Shown here: positions 51,000-53,181 of the stretch, piece by piece
How the letters are laid out: every line of letters starts with the position of its first letter
How positions within the stretch are numbered: the stretch's first letter is position 1
Source of the DNA: Parasitella parasitica NRRL 2501
Taxonomy: Eukaryota; Fungi; Mucoromycota
NCBI GenBank assembly: GCA_025201805.1
Contig: MU619261.1
Span: forward strand, 8,437 to 61,617
Reading direction: 5' to 3'
Length of the DNA stretch: 53,181 nucleotides
Notes under the pieces: generated by a model
Told to the model about the DNA's origin: nothing
Database searches by the model: none
What the model saw: the letters and a program-made list of their open reading frames with translations, nothing else
Made by a program: the position numbers and the translations under genes

Positions 51000-51724
51000 T
51001 TCACGGAACTGCTAATCGAAGTTTTTTTTGGAAGACATCCGATACAAAGTGGTCTCGCATTTGGTCGCTCGTTATCCCTTTCCTTTCTGTACCCTTTGTT
51101 ATAGCCAGTTGGAGGAAGACTTCCATCACTTCCTTTTCACTTATCCACTTAAACTCCAGGTTTGGCGGTCCATCTTTCAAACTTGTCTCTCTCCGCTTCC
51201 TCTCTCTGACCATGATCTTGTCAATCAGCTCGTCACCATCTTGGCATCCACCGATACTCCTTTCCTGCGTGTGGCCAAATGCCTTGTGCTTAACTTTCGA
51301 CAGATCAAAACTTTACATGCACGTTACTGACAGTCTGACAGGCTTGTTGGCGCATGATTTTCGATGGCATCCTGTTTCTCCCTCACTCAGTCATAAAGCG
51401 CACTGTCCGTTCCTTCTCCCGTCTGGGAGATGAAATACGGCCTGATTTTTAGATCTCCAGTTTCTTCTATGTTATTTCTTTGTCTACTGTTATTTATACC
51501 TAATCAGCCGGTACTTTGTTTTTCATCAGAACCTATTTGCGTAGTACATGAGAAATTTAGTATGAAAATTTGAGTTTTTTGCTTATTACTTCGTATTCAT
51601 GTATTTTCCTCCACGCAAATGTTTCCTTTCGACAGCTCTGATTTTTCGCTATATCATCCTCCAGGTTTGATAGCGGTCGTGACCAAATGTCTGCTAAAAT
51701 GTTTGTTAATTATGAAAAAAAAAA
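51000..51724 (+). mobile_element. Degenerate 3' fragment of a non-LTR retrotransposon (zf-RVT region)
   Basis: CTLCYSQLEEDFHHFLFTYPLKLQVW resembles the zf-RVT C-x2-C..ED..H.LF.CP motif with C->Y; A10 tail at 51715-51724. Confidence 0.65.
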
Positions 51725-53181
51725 CCCCGTTTTGCGCGTAACTTTTAATAACAAACATGGCGCCCTAGGGAAACCAAGTAGTGCTCATTATGCCAATCTT
51801 AATCAAGCATAAAATAGACTTTATTTTGCTGAGTATCAGTACGTATATGCGTTTATATGTAATTTTATATGAAAATTATTAATGTTTTCTGTCATGCTCA
51901 GAAATATTATATTTCTTTATAATAAGCGAAAAGTAGTACATATTATACGAGCAGGGTTGCATTCCTTCGCCGAACTGTTCATACACTTAAATATTTTTCT
52001 AGTAGACTTATTGACATTAATGAGTTCATGCTATTCAATATCATTATCGATCACACTTGCTGATAACAACTGCTTTAGCAAAAAAATGATTACTCTTTTA
52101 ATGATGTGATAACTCTATTATATTACATAATCTTTGAACCTTCACTTTACTACGACAGTGTATACATAAACAGTAGTTTTTGGTCCATATTGAAATTTTG
52201 CTAAAGATACCCACCATCCAAGATCAGTCATAGGTATATAAATGCTATGGAGTCAGGATCATTTGACATTTGCTTTAATTTTTTAGCATAACCATACACA
52301 AACGATTGCTGACAAAAAAAAGCACGAAATCGTACAAAAAATGCACACAAATGCCCATAGCTTTGCATAAAAAACAAACCAAACCATGTTTTATATTTGT
52401 GTGCTACTGCACGACGCATACATCAAATCTTAGTTAAAAAAGCAGTTACTTTTTGACTAAAATAGCAGCAGCGCCAATTTGTTTTTTTTTGCCTTGATAA
52501 ACGCCTTCTACTCTGCCACTTCAATTTATGTCAAAAGTATGCTCATAAAAAATTATAGGCTATTTTCGTACTAATTTTTAACAAATGTTCTGTAACAACT
52601 TATGGTATTTGGCCAGAAACTTTGTGAGAGATACCTCCCTGAGTTTACTTGTATACGCATTTTCAGTAATCATTGTTGACAGCTTATTCTGTGATTTTTT
52701 CTATAAAGTACTGAAATAATTGCATATTTCATTAAAACCTTTAGCTGTTTTATAATATAAAATAAAAATGTACAATTAAAACCGCAGACATATATATTCG
52801 TATATTGATAAAAAAAAAAGGACTTTACACAGCTTTTTTCCTGACTATCTATACTTTTAAGCGTGGATATCGGGTGTATGGCTATGTGACGAATTATTAA
52901 GCATGCAAAAACGACCATTAGTCATGTAATGCCCCATGAGTCAATAAAAACCCAGTTTTTAACAGAGAAAGAGGGATAGAGAATAATGTTTGATATAGAG
53001 TATCATAACTAAAAAAAATATTTTTAGAAATAAAAATATTTTATTTCCTTCAATTAAAAATGCAAAAAAGTCGAAAACCTTCCTAATTCAGAAGGTAATA
53101 ACTGAATATTTCCCTACATTTGAGACAGTAAAATTAAATCCTGACTTGCCACGAAATCTCGTTATTATTAGAGCCCTGAAG

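Overview
Gene-dense, AT-rich eukaryotic DNA with short (mostly ~47-75 nt) GT-AG introns. Gene content and intron style suggest a Mucorales (Mucor/Rhizopus-like) fungus; this is an inference. Host genes: CUE/Smr protein, tandem-C2 (CEP120-like) protein, METTL21-type methyltransferase, MedA-like regulator, Rheb, RPL8/eL8, RPS20/uS10, TVP38, secreted polyamine oxidase, MYND-finger Mub1/SamB, ATG18, NmrA-like SDR, VAC14 and a DH-PH RhoGEF. The standout is a 3.8-kb TA-flanked element (11180-14983) with 188-bp terminal inverted repeats (TIRs). It has no intact transposase but carries an intron-containing, now pseudogenised Fanzor1 (eukaryotic TnpB-like RNA-guided nuclease). The region between the Fanzor stop and the element end, where the omegaRNA is expected, reads as four back-to-back spliceosomal intron-like units (AG|GTAA junctions). 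Splicing them out would remove almost the whole right TIR and bring the scaffold next to the guide. A 5'-truncated non-LTR retrotransposon with a 16-bp TSD has inserted exactly across the right end/guide junction. All calls are by manual inspection; no searches were run.
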